From an uncultured Gammaproteobacteria bacterium (lineage in GTDB: Bacteria > Pseudomonadota > Gammaproteobacteria > Steroidobacterales > Steroidobacteraceae): a stretch of 64,000 nucleotides of DNA. The stretch is from positions 50,688-114,687 of the forward strand of contig CAVUVH010000006.1 in NCBI GenBank assembly GCA_963744735.1, read 5' to 3'. Both the position numbers and the translations under genes were made by a program. How positions within the stretch are numbered: the stretch's first letter is position 1; each line of letters opens with the position of its first letter. The notes under the pieces were generated by a model. It saw only the letters and a program-made list of their open reading frames with translations, ran no database searches and had not been told where the DNA came from. Shown in pieces: positions 54,451 to 64,000 of the stretch.

Positions 54451-55585
54451 TTTCCAGGAAACTCCGGATCGCCGGCTCGAACCGGGCATTGTCGACCAGG
54501 AACGCGTCGTGGCCCTGCGGCGACGGGAACCCGTGGAACTCGACCTCGGCGCCGGCCCGCCGCAACTGCTCGGCGATCAGCGTCTGCTGGTCGATGGTGT
54601 AGAGCATGTCGGTCTGCGCGCCGAGCACCAGCGCACGCGACACCTGCAGCCGTGCAAACGCAGCTTCCAGCGAACCCGCGCCATGCTCGGCCAGGTCGAA
54701 CTGGTCCATCGCGCGCGACAGGTAGAGGTAGCAGTTGGCGTCGTAGACCTCGGCGAAGCGCTGGCCCTGGTGCTCCAGGTAGGACTCCACCTCGAACTGC
54801 GCGCGGAAGTCGCCGGGCATGCCCGAAGCCTCCGCCACGCGCCGGCGGCCGAAGCGCTGGTCCCATTCTTCGTGCGAGCGGTAGGTGATCGTGCCGAGCT
54901 TGCGCGCGAGCCGCATGCCCTGGCGCGGACCGCGGCCCGGCTCGTAGTTGCCGCCGCGCCAGGCCGGATCGTTGCGCACGATCTCGCGCTGCAGCGAGCG
55001 CAGCGAGATCGCGAACGGATTCGCGGCCGCCGCGCCGGAAATCGAGATCAGGCTGCGCGCGACGCCCGGAAACTGCGCGGCGAAGGCGAGCACGGTCATG
55101 CCGCCCATCGACGGTCCTGCGACGCTGGCAACGCTCTGGATGCCCAGCGAGCGCAGCACCTCGAAGCCGCCGCGGGCCACGTCCTCGAGCGCGACTTCCG
55201 GAAAGCTGATGCCGAACGGGCGCCCGGTGCGCGGATCGATCGACGCGGGGCTCGAGGAGCCGTACGGGCTGCCGATGGAATTGACGCAGACGACGAAGTA
55301 ACGCTCGGTGTCGATCGGCCGGCCGGGACCGATCATCTGCTCCCACCAGCCCGGCTTGGGATCCGCCGGCGACGAGGCCGCGTGGGCCGAGGGCGAGAGA
55401 CCGGTGAAGAGCAGGAACGTGTTGTCGCGTGCCTCGTTCAACTGGCCCCAGGTCTCATAGGCGATGACCGGGTGCTCGATCGTGCCGCCGCGGTACAGCA
55501 GCATTGGCTCCTGCAGCAAGGCAAGGCGCGTTGCCGGCAGGTCGTGGGCAGCAGCGGGCGATGTGCGGGCGACAGCCATGAGCAT
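54443..55585 (-). CDS. MetX-family alpha/beta-hydrolase acyltransferase (homoserine O-acetyl/succinyl- or serine O-succinyltransferase; specificity not assignable by eye)
   Basis: Intact 380-aa ORF with ...IAYETWGQLNEARDNTFLLFTGLSPSAHAAS...ERYFVVCVNSIGSPYGSS...VAGPSMGGMTVLAFA...GHDAFLVD.... Confidence 0.8.
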   Translation of the reverse strand: MLMAVARTSPAAAHDLPATRLALLQEPMLLYRGGTIEHPVIAYETWGQLNEARDNTFLLFTGLSPSAHAASSPADPKPGWWEQMIGPGRPIDTERYFVVCVNSIGSPYGSSSPASIDPRTGRPFGISFPEVALEDVARGGFEVLRSLGIQSVASVAGPSMGGMTVLAFAAQFPGVARSLISISGAAAANPFAISLRSLQREIVRNDPAWRGGNYEPGRGPRQGMRLARKLGTITYRSHEEWDQRFGRRRVAEASGMPGDFRAQFEVESYLEHQGQRFAEVYDANCYLYLSRAMDQFDLAEHGAGSLEAAFARLQVSRALVLGAQTDMLYTIDQQTLIAEQLRRAGAEVEFHGFPSPQGHDAFLVDNARFEPAIRSFLERG

Positions 55586-55680
55586 GCCTGCAGTCTAGAC
55601 CCGGCCCCGGGGGCCACTAGCCCGAGCGGATTGCCGCTCAGAACCGTCGGTTATGAGTCGTCCGACAACTCTGCCACGGC

Positions 55681-57096
55681 TCAGCGCTTGCCGCCGGGCT
55701 TCCCGCCTTTATTCCTTGAAATCAACCGCTTACGGCTTCTTACTTGACGCGGGGTCAACTCGTTGCGGCGACCGGCGAAGGGGTTGTCGTCGGTGCGGAA
55801 CTCGACCCGCATCGGCGTCCCCAGCAGCCGGAAAGTCTGGCGGAAGTGGTTCTCGAGGAAACGCCGGTAGGCGTCCGGCACGTGCTGGGTCTGGTTGCCA
55901 TGGATCACCACGACCGGCGGGTTGCGCCCGCCCTGGTGCGCGTAGCGCAGCTTGATGCGCCGGCCGCGGACCAGCGGCGGCTGGTGGATCGTCAGGGCCT
56001 GCTCCATCGCGCGCGTCAGGTCCTTGGTCGGCAGCTCGCGCATGGCCGCACGGTAGGACTTGAGCACGGACTCCATGAGTTCGCCCACGCCGGTGCCATG
56101 GCGCGCGGAAATGAAGTGCACGTAGGCAAAGCGCAGGAAGTCGAGCCGCAGGTCGAGCCCGTCGCGGATCGTGTTGCGCTGGTCCTGCGGGATGCCGTCC
56201 CACTTGTTCACGGCGATCACCAGCGCCCGCCCCTGCTCGGCCACCAGGCCCATCAGGCTCGCGTCCTGCTCGGCGATGGTGTCGTGCGCGTCGAGCACGC
56301 CGATCACGACGTTGGCGCGGTCGATCGCCTGCAGCGTCTTGACGACACTGAACTTCTCGACCGCCTCGCTGACCCGCGCGCGGCGCCGCACGCCGGCCGT
56401 GTCGATCAGCACGTACGGCTGCCCGTCGCGCTCGAACGGCACCTCGACCGTGTCGCGGGTCGTGCCGGGCTGGTCGAAGGCGATCAGCCGCTCCTCGCCG
56501 AGCAGCCGGTTGATCAGCGTCGACTTGCCCACGTTCGGCCGCCCGACGACGGCGACCCGGATCGCGTCCGGCGCGTGCGCCAGCACATCGGGCGCGTCGG
56601 TGGCGCCGGTGAGCCCATCGAGCGCGCGCTCCATCAACGCATCCAGGTTCTGCAGGTGCGCGGACGAGATCGCGATGGGCTCGCCGAAGCCGAAGCGGTG
56701 GAACTCCGCGGTCGCCATGTCGTCGTCGAGGCCTTCCGCCTTGTTGGCGACGACCAGCACCGGGCGGCCGCTGCGACGCAGGATCTCGGCGACGTGCAGG
56801 TCCTGCGGCGTGCAGCCCTCGCGCGAATCGACCACGAGCAGCACGCGATCGGCTTCTTCCACCGCCTTGAGCGTCTGCTCGGCCATGAGCTTTTCGACGC
56901 CGACGACGGTCTCGACCAGCCCGCCCGTGTCGATCACGACACAGGACTTGCCGTCGCGGCGCGCGTAACCGTACTTGCGGTCGCGCGTCAGCCCGGGAAC
57001 GTCGGCGACCAGCGCATCGCGCGTGCGCGTCAGCGCATTGAAGAGCGTCGACTTGCCGACGTTCGGGCGGCCGACCAGCGCGATGACTGGCAGCAC
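55681..57096 (-). CDS. der: ribosome biogenesis GTPase Der (EngA)
   Basis: Intact 471-aa ORF MLPVIALVGRPNVGKSTLFNAL... with a second G domain ...VAVVGRPNVGKSTLINRL... and a KH-like C-terminus. Confidence 0.97.
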   Translation of the reverse strand: MLPVIALVGRPNVGKSTLFNALTRTRDALVADVPGLTRDRKYGYARRDGKSCVVIDTGGLVETVVGVEKLMAEQTLKAVEEADRVLLVVDSREGCTPQDLHVAEILRRSGRPVLVVANKAEGLDDDMATAEFHRFGFGEPIAISSAHLQNLDALMERALDGLTGATDAPDVLAHAPDAIRVAVVGRPNVGKSTLINRLLGEERLIAFDQPGTTRDTVEVPFERDGQPYVLIDTAGVRRRARVSEAVEKFSVVKTLQAIDRANVVIGVLDAHDTIAEQDASLMGLVAEQGRALVIAVNKWDGIPQDQRNTIRDGLDLRLDFLRFAYVHFISARHGTGVGELMESVLKSYRAAMRELPTKDLTRAMEQALTIHQPPLVRGRRIKLRYAHQGGRNPPVVVIHGNQTQHVPDAYRRFLENHFRQTFRLLGTPMRVEFRTDDNPFAGRRNELTPRQVRSRKRLISRNKGGKPGGKR

Positions 57097-57097
57097 A

Positions 57098-58261
57098 TCA
57101 ACGACCCGCGAGTGGGCCGCTGCGGAAGGCGACGATGCGGCCGCCGTCGTCGATCGCGAACAGGCGACCGTCGACCACGATCGGCTGCACGCTGAAGCGC
57201 GTGCTGCCCGCGTGTTCGCGCGCGACGAACTTGCCGGTGTCGCGGTCGAGCCAGTGCAGGTAGCCGTCGAAATCGCCGACCACGACCGCGTCGCCCATCA
57301 CGGCGGGGGCGCTCAGGCCGCGGCGCTTGAGGCCTTCCTGCTGCCAGACCACGGTGCCGTCGCGGCGTCGCAGCGCGCCCACGGTGCCGTTCGAATTCGC
57401 GACATACAACTGGCTGTCGTCGACCGCCGGCGTCCGGTAACTGGAAAAGTCGCGGGCCCACCAGACCTGGCCGGAATCGAGCGCGAGCATGACGACGCGG
57501 CCCTGGTAACCCACGGCAAACGCGTCGTTGCCGTCGACGACCACGGCGCCGTCGATGTCGGCCAGGCGATCGAGCTCGGAACGCCCCCCGGGGGTCGTGA
57601 CCTGGGCTTGCCACGCGACATCGCCGGTGGCGAGCGCAAACGCGATGACGCGGCCCGAATCGAAGCCCGCAAGCACGGTCTCGCCGGCGAGCGCCGGCGC
57701 GGCGTTGCCGCGCAGCGACAGGCGCGGCACCGGCTCTTCGCCGGTCCACTGCGTCTTGCCGTAGGCCGCATCGAGCGCATGCAGGCGCCCGTCGACCGAA
57801 CGGACGATCACGCGCCCGCCGGCGACCAGCGGCGCCGCCAGCACTTCGCTGCCGACGCTGACGTCCCACAGGCGCTTGCCCGAGGCGGGGTCGAGCGCGA
57901 TGACGCGACCGTCGCTGGCGCCAACGGCCACCAGGCCCGCACCGACTCCCGGACCGGCGGCGAGTTCGGTCTTGGTGTCGGTCGACCAGCGTGTCTTGCC
58001 TGATGCCGGATCGAGCGACACGACCTTGCCGTCACGAGACGCAGCAAACAGTGCACCGCCGTCGTATGCGAGTCCCAGCGCAAGGCGCAGCTTTTCGCCA
58101 CCGCCGCCGACACTGGTGTCCCACAGCTTCTCGACGGCGAGCGTCGGCTTCAGGTCGATCAGTTCCGCCGGCGGCTCGACATTCTTGTTCTTGTCGCAGC
58201 CCGCCAGCAGCAGCAATCCGGCCGCGCAGGCAATGGCGAGTGACCGACCCGGGCGCATCAT
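57098..58261 (-). CDS. bamB: outer membrane protein assembly factor BamB
   Basis: In ORF 57098..58483(-), using the ATG at 58261: MMRPGRSLAIACAAGLLLLAGCDKN (lipobox), followed by PQQ-like beta-propeller repeats (...GRVIALDPASGKRLW..., ...GRLHALDAAYGKTQW...). Intact. Confidence 0.9.
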   Translation of the reverse strand: MMRPGRSLAIACAAGLLLLAGCDKNKNVEPPAELIDLKPTLAVEKLWDTSVGGGGEKLRLALGLAYDGGALFAASRDGKVVSLDPASGKTRWSTDTKTELAAGPGVGAGLVAVGASDGRVIALDPASGKRLWDVSVGSEVLAAPLVAGGRVIVRSVDGRLHALDAAYGKTQWTGEEPVPRLSLRGNAAPALAGETVLAGFDSGRVIAFALATGDVAWQAQVTTPGGRSELDRLADIDGAVVVDGNDAFAVGYQGRVVMLALDSGQVWWARDFSSYRTPAVDDSQLYVANSNGTVGALRRRDGTVVWQQEGLKRRGLSAPAVMGDAVVVGDFDGYLHWLDRDTGKFVAREHAGSTRFSVQPIVVDGRLFAIDDGGRIVAFRSGPLAGR

Positions 58262-58952
58262 GGCTGCGTCCCGGCAGCCGGTGTCGTGGCCGGGGTCGCG
58301 GGGCCGGTGCGGCAGCCGCGGCCGGCAGGGCGTCACGCTTGAGTTCGACGTACGCGCGATCGAAGCCCTGCGGCGGGCTGGCCGCGGTGGCCGCGAGTGC
58401 CGCGTCGTAGGCCTGGCGGGCGCCGGCCGCATCGTTGCGGGCAGCAAGGATGTCGCCGCGCAGGTCGTGATACAGCGGCGCAAAGGCGCCGGCCTGGGCC
58501 ACGTCCAGCAACTTGAGCGCCTCGTCGTGCTTGCCCTGCTCCGCCAGCACCCGCGCCAGGCGGGTCGTGGCGATCAGCCGCAGTTCGGCGTCGCGCGAAC
58601 TGTCGGCGACCGCGCGCAACCGCTGCACCGCAGCGTCGAAATCGCGCTGGTCGACCGCATACCGCGCCAGCGCCAGGTCGGACTGGTCGGCATACGGCGA
58701 CTTGGGATGGAGCTTGCGCAGGTCGGTGGCCTGCTTGACCGCCGCCTCCTTGTCGTCGCGGCCCAGCGCGTCGAGCACGGCAAGGTAGGACGACTCGTCC
58801 AGTTCGGCCGCCTTCACTTTCGAGGTCTGCCAGTAGTTCCAGCCGGCGAGCGCGCCGAGGCCGAGCGCGATGCCGCCGACGATCCAGAGCCAGTTGTCCG
58901 CCCACCAGCGCCGCAGTTGTTCTTCGCGTTCGTTGTCTGAGAGATCTTCCAC
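58258..58952 (-). CDS. yfgM: YfgM-family membrane-anchored TPR-like protein (one frame break near the 3' end)
   Basis: ORF 58032..58952(-) begins MEDLSDNEREEQLRRWWADNWLWIVGGIALGLGALAGWNYW... The natural-looking tail ...APAPATPATTPAAGTQP-stop (TGA 58260-58258, overlapping the bamB ATGATG) is in another frame. Break at about 58299. Confidence 0.75.
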
Positions 58953-58994
58953 TTCGCCACTCCATCAGCCGCCCGTCGGGGCGGCACACTGTGA

Positions 58995-60281
58995 TTATGC
59001 CGGCTTGGGCAGCAGTTCCCGGCGCAATTCGGCCGCCAGCTCGCCAAATGCCACGTTGCGCTGGGCCGCATCGATGCCGCGCAGGGGCTTCAGGGCGGCC
59101 ATGCCGCGTGCCGCCTCGTCCTCGCCCACGATGACCGCGACCCGCGCGCCGCTCTTGTCGGCGCGCTTCAGCTGCGACTTGAAGCTGCCGCCGCCGCAGT
59201 TGGTCTCGACCCGCAGTTCCGGCGCGCCGTCGCGGATCCGCTCGGCGAGGCCGAGGCCGGCCGCCTCGGCCGCAGGACCCGCCAGCACGATGTACACGTC
59301 CGGGTTGCCCGCTTCGGTCACGAGGCCCTGCAGCCGCATGAGCTCGACGATCCGCTCCTCGCCGAGCGCCCAGCCGATGGCCGGGACCGCGTCGCCGCCC
59401 AGCTGTGCGACCAGGCCGTCGTAACGGCCGCCGGAACAGACCGCATCCTGCGCCCCGAGGTCGGTGGTCACCCACTCGAACACCGTGCGCGAATAGTAAT
59501 CGAGACCGCGCACCAGCCTCGGGTTGACCACGAAATCGACCCCGGCCTGCTGCAGCTGCGCGCACAGCGTCGCGAAGTGCGCCGCGGATTCAGCATCGAG
59601 GTGGTCGGTGATGACCGGCGCGCCCGCGATCAGCGTGGCCATGTCCGGGTTCTTGCTGTCGAGGATGCGCAGCGGATTGCCGCCGAGCCGCCGCTGGCTG
59701 TCCGCATCGAGCTGGTCCGCGTGCGCCTGCAGGTACTCGACCAGCCGCGCACGGTAAACGACACGCGATTCCGGCGTGCCGAGCGAGTTCAGGTGCAGCC
59801 TCAGTCCGCGCAGGCCGAGCCGCTGCCAGAGACGGGCCGTCATCAGGATCAGCTCGATATCGACGTCAGGGCCCGGGAAGCCGAGCGCCTCGGCGTCGAT
59901 CTGGTGAAACTGGCGATAGCGGCCCTTCTGCGGCCGCTCGTAGCGGAACATCGGCCCCATCAGCCAGACCTTCTGGCGCTGGTTGTGCAGCAGTCCATTG
60001 CCGATGCAGGCCCGCACGATGCCGGCGGTCGCCTCGGGCCGCAGCGTGAGCGAGTCGTCGCCGCGGTCGCGGAACGTATACATTTCCTTTTCGACGATGT
60101 CCGTGAACTCGCCGATGGAGCGCTTGAAGAGCTCGGTGCGCTCGAGCAGCGGCAGGCGGATCTCGCGATAGCCGTACTGCGCGAAGATCTCGCGCGCCGC
60201 GCGCTCCAGCTGCTGCCACGCGGCGGTCTGCTCCGGCAGCACGTCATTCATGCCGCGAACGGCCTGCAGGGTTTCGCTCAT
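58995..60281 (-). CDS. hisS: histidine--tRNA ligase
   Basis: In ORF 58995..60383(-), using the ATG at 60281: [26 protein letters not shown]...[21 protein letters not shown]...[17 protein letters not shown]...GGRYDGL... Intact. Confidence 0.97.
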   Translation of the reverse strand: MSETLQAVRGMNDVLPEQTAAWQQLERAAREIFAQYGYREIRLPLLERTELFKRSIGEFTDIVEKEMYTFRDRGDDSLTLRPEATAGIVRACIGNGLLHNQRQKVWLMGPMFRYERPQKGRYRQFHQIDAEALGFPGPDVDIELILMTARLWQRLGLRGLRLHLNSLGTPESRVVYRARLVEYLQAHADQLDADSQRRLGGNPLRILDSKNPDMATLIAGAPVITDHLDAESAAHFATLCAQLQQAGVDFVVNPRLVRGLDYYSRTVFEWVTTDLGAQDAVCSGGRYDGLVAQLGGDAVPAIGWALGEERIVELMRLQGLVTEAGNPDVYIVLAGPAAEAAGLGLAERIRDGAPELRVETNCGGGSFKSQLKRADKSGARVAVIVGEDEAARGMAALKPLRGIDAAQRNVAFGELAAELRRELLPKPA

Positions 60282-60297
60282 CGCGTGTGCACCGGCA

Positions 60298-61177
60298 TCA
60301 GCGCAGCGACCCGTCGGGGCCGATGCTGAACCGCGCCAGCAGTTCGCCTGGCGCACGCGGCGGCACGGCGACGGGGCGGCCATTGATCGCCACGGTGACC
60401 GCGCCGATGTTGCCGATCGTCACGCTGAGCGGCGCCGTGCCCGTCACCGTGCGTTCGGAACCGGCCTTGCCGAGGTCGTAGATCACCGCCCTGCCCGCGC
60501 CGTCGAACACTTCGACCCATGAGTCGGCATTGAAGCGCAACTGCAGGCTGACCTGGCCCGGCTGCAGCGCGGGGGGCGGGCTTGCGGGATCGGTCGCGGC
60601 GGCGGCGGGAGTGGTCGCCGACGGTGTTGCGTCCGTCGTCGCTGCCGTTGCATCGGCATCGTCGGGCGTGACCGCCGCGGCGACCGGTCGCGACGTCGCT
60701 GGCCGGCCCGGTCGTGAGCGCGGGCACGTTCGCATCCGCCGGTGCATCCGGGCCATCGGCCCAGGGCAGTCCGTTCTCCGACAGGTACGCGATCAGTGCC
60801 GCGGCCGCGAGGAACGACACCGCGCCGCCCATGACCCACGGCCAGCGCGGCTTGCCGCGGACCGGGGCCATCTCCAGCCGCGACTTCGGCACCAGCGTGG
60901 GTTCCTGCACCTGCAGCTTCGAACGCTCGTAGGCGGCGACGGTCTCGTCCTCCGCCAGCCCCAGCAGCGCGGCATAGCGTCGCAGGTGCCCCTTCACGAA
61001 CACCGGCGCGCCGAGCGCCGCGAAATCGTTGGCCTCGAGGGCGATCACGACCATCGGATCGAGGTTGAGCGTGTCGGCCGCCTGCTGCTGCGTCAGCCCG
61101 CGGGCTTCGCGCTCCCGCCGCAGGCGTGCGCCCGGGCTCGCGGGGAGCTCGGTGACATCGGCCTCCGCGGCACTCAT
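60298..61177 (-). CDS. rodZ: cytoskeleton protein RodZ (XRE-type HTH, TM segment, DUF4115) (one frame break)
   Basis: N-part in ORF 60278..61600, from the ATG at 61177 ([52 protein letters not shown]...[21 protein letters not shown]). C-part in ORF 60298..60756 (...[61 protein letters not shown]). The break lies in the low-complexity linker at about 60.66-60.71 kb. Confidence 0.75.
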
Positions 61178-61962
61178 GGCCGCGTCCGTTCGGCTTCGAA
61201 CAGCAGCCCGGCTTCGGTCGAGGTCGGGAACTGATCCCTGAGCTGGTCGGCATACCGCGCCGCCTGGGCGGTATCGCCCAGCGCAAGCTCGATCGTGCGC
61301 CCGAGCCAGAGCGAAGCGGCCGACACCGGGGCCACGGCCGCATGACGCTCGAGGAACGCGCGCGCCTGCAGGCTGTTGCCGTTCTCCTGCGTCAGCTGCG
61401 CCATCTGGAACAACGCGTCCGCCTGCCTGGGGTTGAGCGCCAATGCCTTGCGAAAACTGGCTTCGGCGTCCTGCGGACGGCCATCGGCGCGCGCGCAGCG
61501 ACCGGCGTTGGTGTAGGCGACATCCGGGTTCTGGTTCAGCGCACTGGCCGCCGCCTGCAGCAGGTACTGCTCGCCGCGCTTGCGCTCGCCGTTCATGCAC
61601 AGGTACACGGCCGCGTTGGCGACCACGTCGGGGTTGTCCTTGCCGGCCAGGCGGATCGCCTGCTCGAAGTGCGAGCGGGCCTTGCGCTTGTCGTCGAGCC
61701 GGTCGTAGATGAACCCGGCCGCCATCTGCGTGCTGGGCATGCGCGAATTCTGCTGCAGCGCCTTGTCGATCTTCTCGCGCGCGGCCTTCAGGTTGCCTTC
61801 GCGCATGTACGCAAGCGCCAGTTCGGTGTTGACGGCCCCGGCCTGGTCGATCGCCTCGCGGCTGCCGGGCTCGGCAGAGGCCGCGGCCCGCGGCGCCCCG
61901 AGGCTCGCGGCGACGAGCAGGCTGGCGGCGACCAGGCTGATGCCGGCGCGGCGGCGCATCAT
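61174..61962 (-). CDS. pilW: TPR protein of the type IV pilus biogenesis/stability PilW (PilF) family
   Basis: In ORF 61174..63078(-), from the ATGATG at 61962: [29 protein letters not shown]..., followed by TPR repeats (...[24 protein letters not shown]...). It holds the conserved position between rlmN and rodZ. No lipobox cysteine is visible, unlike characterised PilF/PilW. Its stop overlaps the rodZ start (ATGA). Confidence 0.6.
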   Translation of the reverse strand: MMRRRAGISLVAASLLVAASLGAPRAAASAEPGSREAIDQAGAVNTELALAYMREGNLKAAREKIDKALQQNSRMPSTQMAAGFIYDRLDDKRKARSHFEQAIRLAGKDNPDVVANAAVYLCMNGERKRGEQYLLQAAASALNQNPDVAYTNAGRCARADGRPQDAEASFRKALALNPRQADALFQMAQLTQENGNSLQARAFLERHAAVAPVSAASLWLGRTIELALGDTAQAARYADQLRDQFPTSTEAGLLFEAERTRP

Positions 61963-63078
61963 CCCGGACACCACGGAGAGCGGGAAGAACTTCTCGCCGA
62001 GCCGCGTCGTGACCCGGTCGTTGACGCGGCCGACCAGCTGGCCGCAGGCAGCGTCGATGTCGTCGCCGCGCGTGCGCCGGATGGTGACCATCACGCCGCC
62101 CCTGATCAGGATGTCGCGGAAGCGCTCGATCGCCGTCTCGGTCGAGCGCCGGTACTGCGTGTTCGGAAACGGGTTGAACGGGATCAGGTTGACCTTGGCC
62201 GGATGGCCGCGCAGCAGCTGCACGAGTTCGCGCGCGTGCTGGGGCTTGTCGTTGATGCCGTCGAGCATCACGTACTCGAAGGTCACGCTGCGCGCGTTCT
62301 GCTTCTCGACATAGTGCCAGCAGGCGGCGAGCAGGTCCTTGATCGGGTGGCGGCGGTTGATCGGCATCAGCTCGCTGCGCAGCGCGTCATTGGGCGCATG
62401 CAGCGACACCGCCAGCGCGACGTTGGTCTCGTCGGCGATGCGGATCATCTGCGGCACCAGCCCGGAGGTGCTGACCGTCACGCGGCGGCGCGAGAGGTCG
62501 AGCCCCAGGTCGTCCATCATGATTTCGGCGGCCGGCACGACGTTGCGGTAGTTCGCCAGCGGCTCGCCCATGCCCATGAACACGACATTGGTGATCACGC
62601 GGTCGCCGTCGGGCGAGTAGCCGAGTTCGCGATTGGCGAGCCACACCTGGCCCACGATCTCGGCGACGTCGAGGTTGCGGTTGAACCCCTGCTGCGCGGT
62701 GGAGCAGAAGCCGCAGTTCATCTGGCAGCCGACCTGGCTGGAGATGCAGAGCGTGCCGCGGCCCGGCTCCGGGATGAAGACCATCTCGATCGCCTGGCCG
62801 CTCTCGAACTTGAGCGCCCACTTGCGCGTGCCGTCGGCCGAGACCTGCGCGGTGAGGATCTCGGGGGTGCGGATCTCGGCGACCTCGGCCAGGCGGCGGC
62901 GGAAGTCCTTGCCGAGATCGGTCATCGCGTCGATGTCGCCCTCGGCGCGCTTGTACATCCACTTGAACAGCTGGCGGGCACGGAAGGGCTTCTCGCCCAT
63001 CGCCAGCACGAACGCCTCCAGCCCGGTCCGCGTGAGACCGAGCAGGTTGGTGCGTGCCGGTGAGGTTGCTTCGCCCAT
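61959..63078 (-). CDS. rlmN: 23S rRNA/tRNA (adenine-C2)-methyltransferase RlmN, radical SAM (3' end inferred)
   Basis: ORF 61174..63078(-) N-part: ...[29 protein letters not shown]...[10 protein letters not shown]...[11 protein letters not shown]. There is no in-frame stop before pilW. A TGA at 61961-61959 exists in another frame, which stays open for at least 23 codons upstream, so an indel near the 3' end is assumed. Confidence 0.88.
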
Positions 63079-63119
63079 GTTCGGTGGACTGCGCGCCGCC
63101 GCGCGAGTTCACCCGCGCT

Positions 63120-63545
63120 TCAGCGCGGGCAGAGCTCCGTCTCGGAAAAGAAGAACGCGATCTCGCGCGCGGCGTTCTCGGCGCTGTCCGAGCCGTGCAC
63201 GACGTTCTGCTCGATGCTGTCGGCGAGATCGGCGCGGATGGTGCCCGGCGTCGCCTTCTTCGGGTCGGTCGCGCCCATCACGTCACGGTTCTTGAGCACG
63301 GCGCCCTCGCCCTCGAGCACCTGCACCATGACCGGGCCGGAGATCATGTAGGCCACGAGGTCCTTGAAGAACCCGCGCTCGCGGTGCACGCCGTAGAACG
63401 CCTCGGCCTGGGCCTGCGTCAGCTGCAGCATGCGGGCCGCGACGATGCGCAGGCCGGCCTTTTCGAAGCGGTGGTAGACGTCGCCGATGACATTCTTGCG
63501 GACGCCGTCGGGCTTGACGATGGAGAGAGTGCGTTCGAGGGACAT
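63120..63545 (-). CDS. ndk: nucleoside-diphosphate kinase
   Basis: In ORF 63120..63647(-), using the ATG at 63545: [42 protein letters not shown]...[20 protein letters not shown]. Intact. Confidence 0.97.
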   Translation of the reverse strand: MSLERTLSIVKPDGVRKNVIGDVYHRFEKAGLRIVAARMLQLTQAQAEAFYGVHRERGFFKDLVAYMISGPVMVQVLEGEGAVLKNRDVMGATDPKKATPGTIRADLADSIEQNVVHGSDSAENAAREIAFFFSETELCPR

Positions 63546-63666
63546 ACGGATCCTTGACGAGATGATCCGGCAGTCGGTGCTGCCGGCAATGACGAACCGG
63601 CCCCGGAATTCCGGCGCCCGCGCAGGCGCGGGGCGGGACGGGGCCAACCTGAAAACTTAACGGCGC

Positions 63667-63695
63667 AGTATACCCGGACGGGGGTGGACGGCCAA
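63667..63695 (-). promoter_or_regulatory. candidate sigma70-type promoter for ndk (TTGGCC-N17-TATACT on the minus strand)
   Basis: The reverse complement of 63690-63695 is TTGGCC and of 63667-63672 is TATACT, with an exact 17-nt spacer. The site lies about 120 nt upstream of the ndk ATG. This is sequence pattern only. Confidence 0.3.
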
Positions 63696-63718
63696 GAAAT
63701 CATAGCCCTGACGGGCAG

Positions 63719-64000
63719 TTAGACGTTGAAGCTCTCGCCACAACCGCATTCGCCCTTGACGTTGGGGTTGCGGAACTTGAAAGCCTCGTTGAGTCCCTGG
63801 CGGACGAAATCGATTTCCGTGCCGTCGACGTACTTGAGGCTGTCGGCGTCGACCACGACCTTGACGCCCGAGTCCTCGAACACGACGTCCCGTGCCTGCA
63901 CCTCGTCGGCATAGCTCACGACGTAGGCAAAGCCCGAGCAACCGGTCTGCTTCACCCCGAGACGCAGGCCCACGCCCTGGCCACGGCTGGCCATGAACGT
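63719..64000 (-). CDS. iscA: iron-sulfur cluster assembly protein IscA (5' end outside the window)
   Basis: ORF 63719..63994(-) carries ...[31 protein letters not shown]...[54 protein letters not shown], near-identical in pattern to E. coli IscA. The frame stays open to position 64000. Confidence 0.85.
   Translation of the reverse strand, partial: TFMASRGQGVGLRLGVKQTGCSGFAYVVSYADEVQARDVVFEDSGVKVVVDADSLKYVDGTEIDFVRQGLNEAFKFRNPNVKGECGCGESFNV

Noticed and set aside
55586-55680. Possible SAM-type riboswitch in the 95-nt leader of the MetX-family gene.
   Set aside because: Only small generic hairpins are visible (GAGCGG-CAAT-CCGCTC; the GGCCCC/GGGGCC palindrome). These are better explained as the der terminator. 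No SAM-II or SAM/SAH consensus was recognised by eye; an Rfam scan would settle it.

Overview
64-kb chromosomal segment, about 70% G+C by eye, with no plasmid, phage or IS hallmarks. A gammaproteobacterial-type housekeeping backbone is recognisable. It comprises minus-strand nrdR-ribD-ribE-ribBA-ribH and glyA (0-5 kb), ettA (6.7-8.3 kb), purL (11.4-15.3 kb), mltF/tadA (23.9-25.7 kb), guaB-guaA (48.6-51.7 kb), xseA (52.0-53.5 kb) and the minus-strand string iscA-ndk-rlmN-pilW-rodZ-hisS-yfgM-bamB-der (55.7-64 kb). Three accessory blocks lie between these anchors. (i) 15.4-23.6 kb: DUF1820, an orphan TagH-like FHA protein, a non-pyrrolysine MttB-family methyltransferase with a DMGDH-like flavoprotein and an MFS carrier, and a quinone oxidoreductase, ending at tRNA-Ser(CGA). 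(ii) 25.8-48.6 kb: an FeS-type (6-4) photolyase-like gene, a small secreted protein, a cluster of class-V aminotransferase, ABC1 kinase, Gfo/Idh/MocA, aldo-keto reductase, PhyH and class II aldolase genes, DUF885+MFS, a GT4 glycosyltransferase, a MacB/YbbAP-like ABC exporter with HlyD adaptor, a signal-peptide YbjN-like protein divergent from a signal-peptide TPR-CHAT protease, MarC and a PiuC-like hydroxylase. (iii) 53.5-55.6 kb: an M23 peptidase and a MetX-family acyltransferase. A further trio at 8.3-11.3 kb holds a HAL-family lyase overlapping ettA, a 2-TM protein and a zinc-ribbon plus DUF4145-like protein. There is one tRNA and no rRNA, CRISPR, transposase or integrase. Two families of structured intergenic repeats were found by eye. 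About 30 single-base frame breaks interrupt otherwise orthologue-like genes, including essential ones, so many CDS are given as whole-gene spans across the breaks. Candidates worth follow-up are the TPR-CHAT/YbjN pair, the MttB cluster, the DUF4145-like gene, the CTAG/G-tract repeat elements and the orphan TagH. Nothing here can be shown from sequence alone to be a new system.
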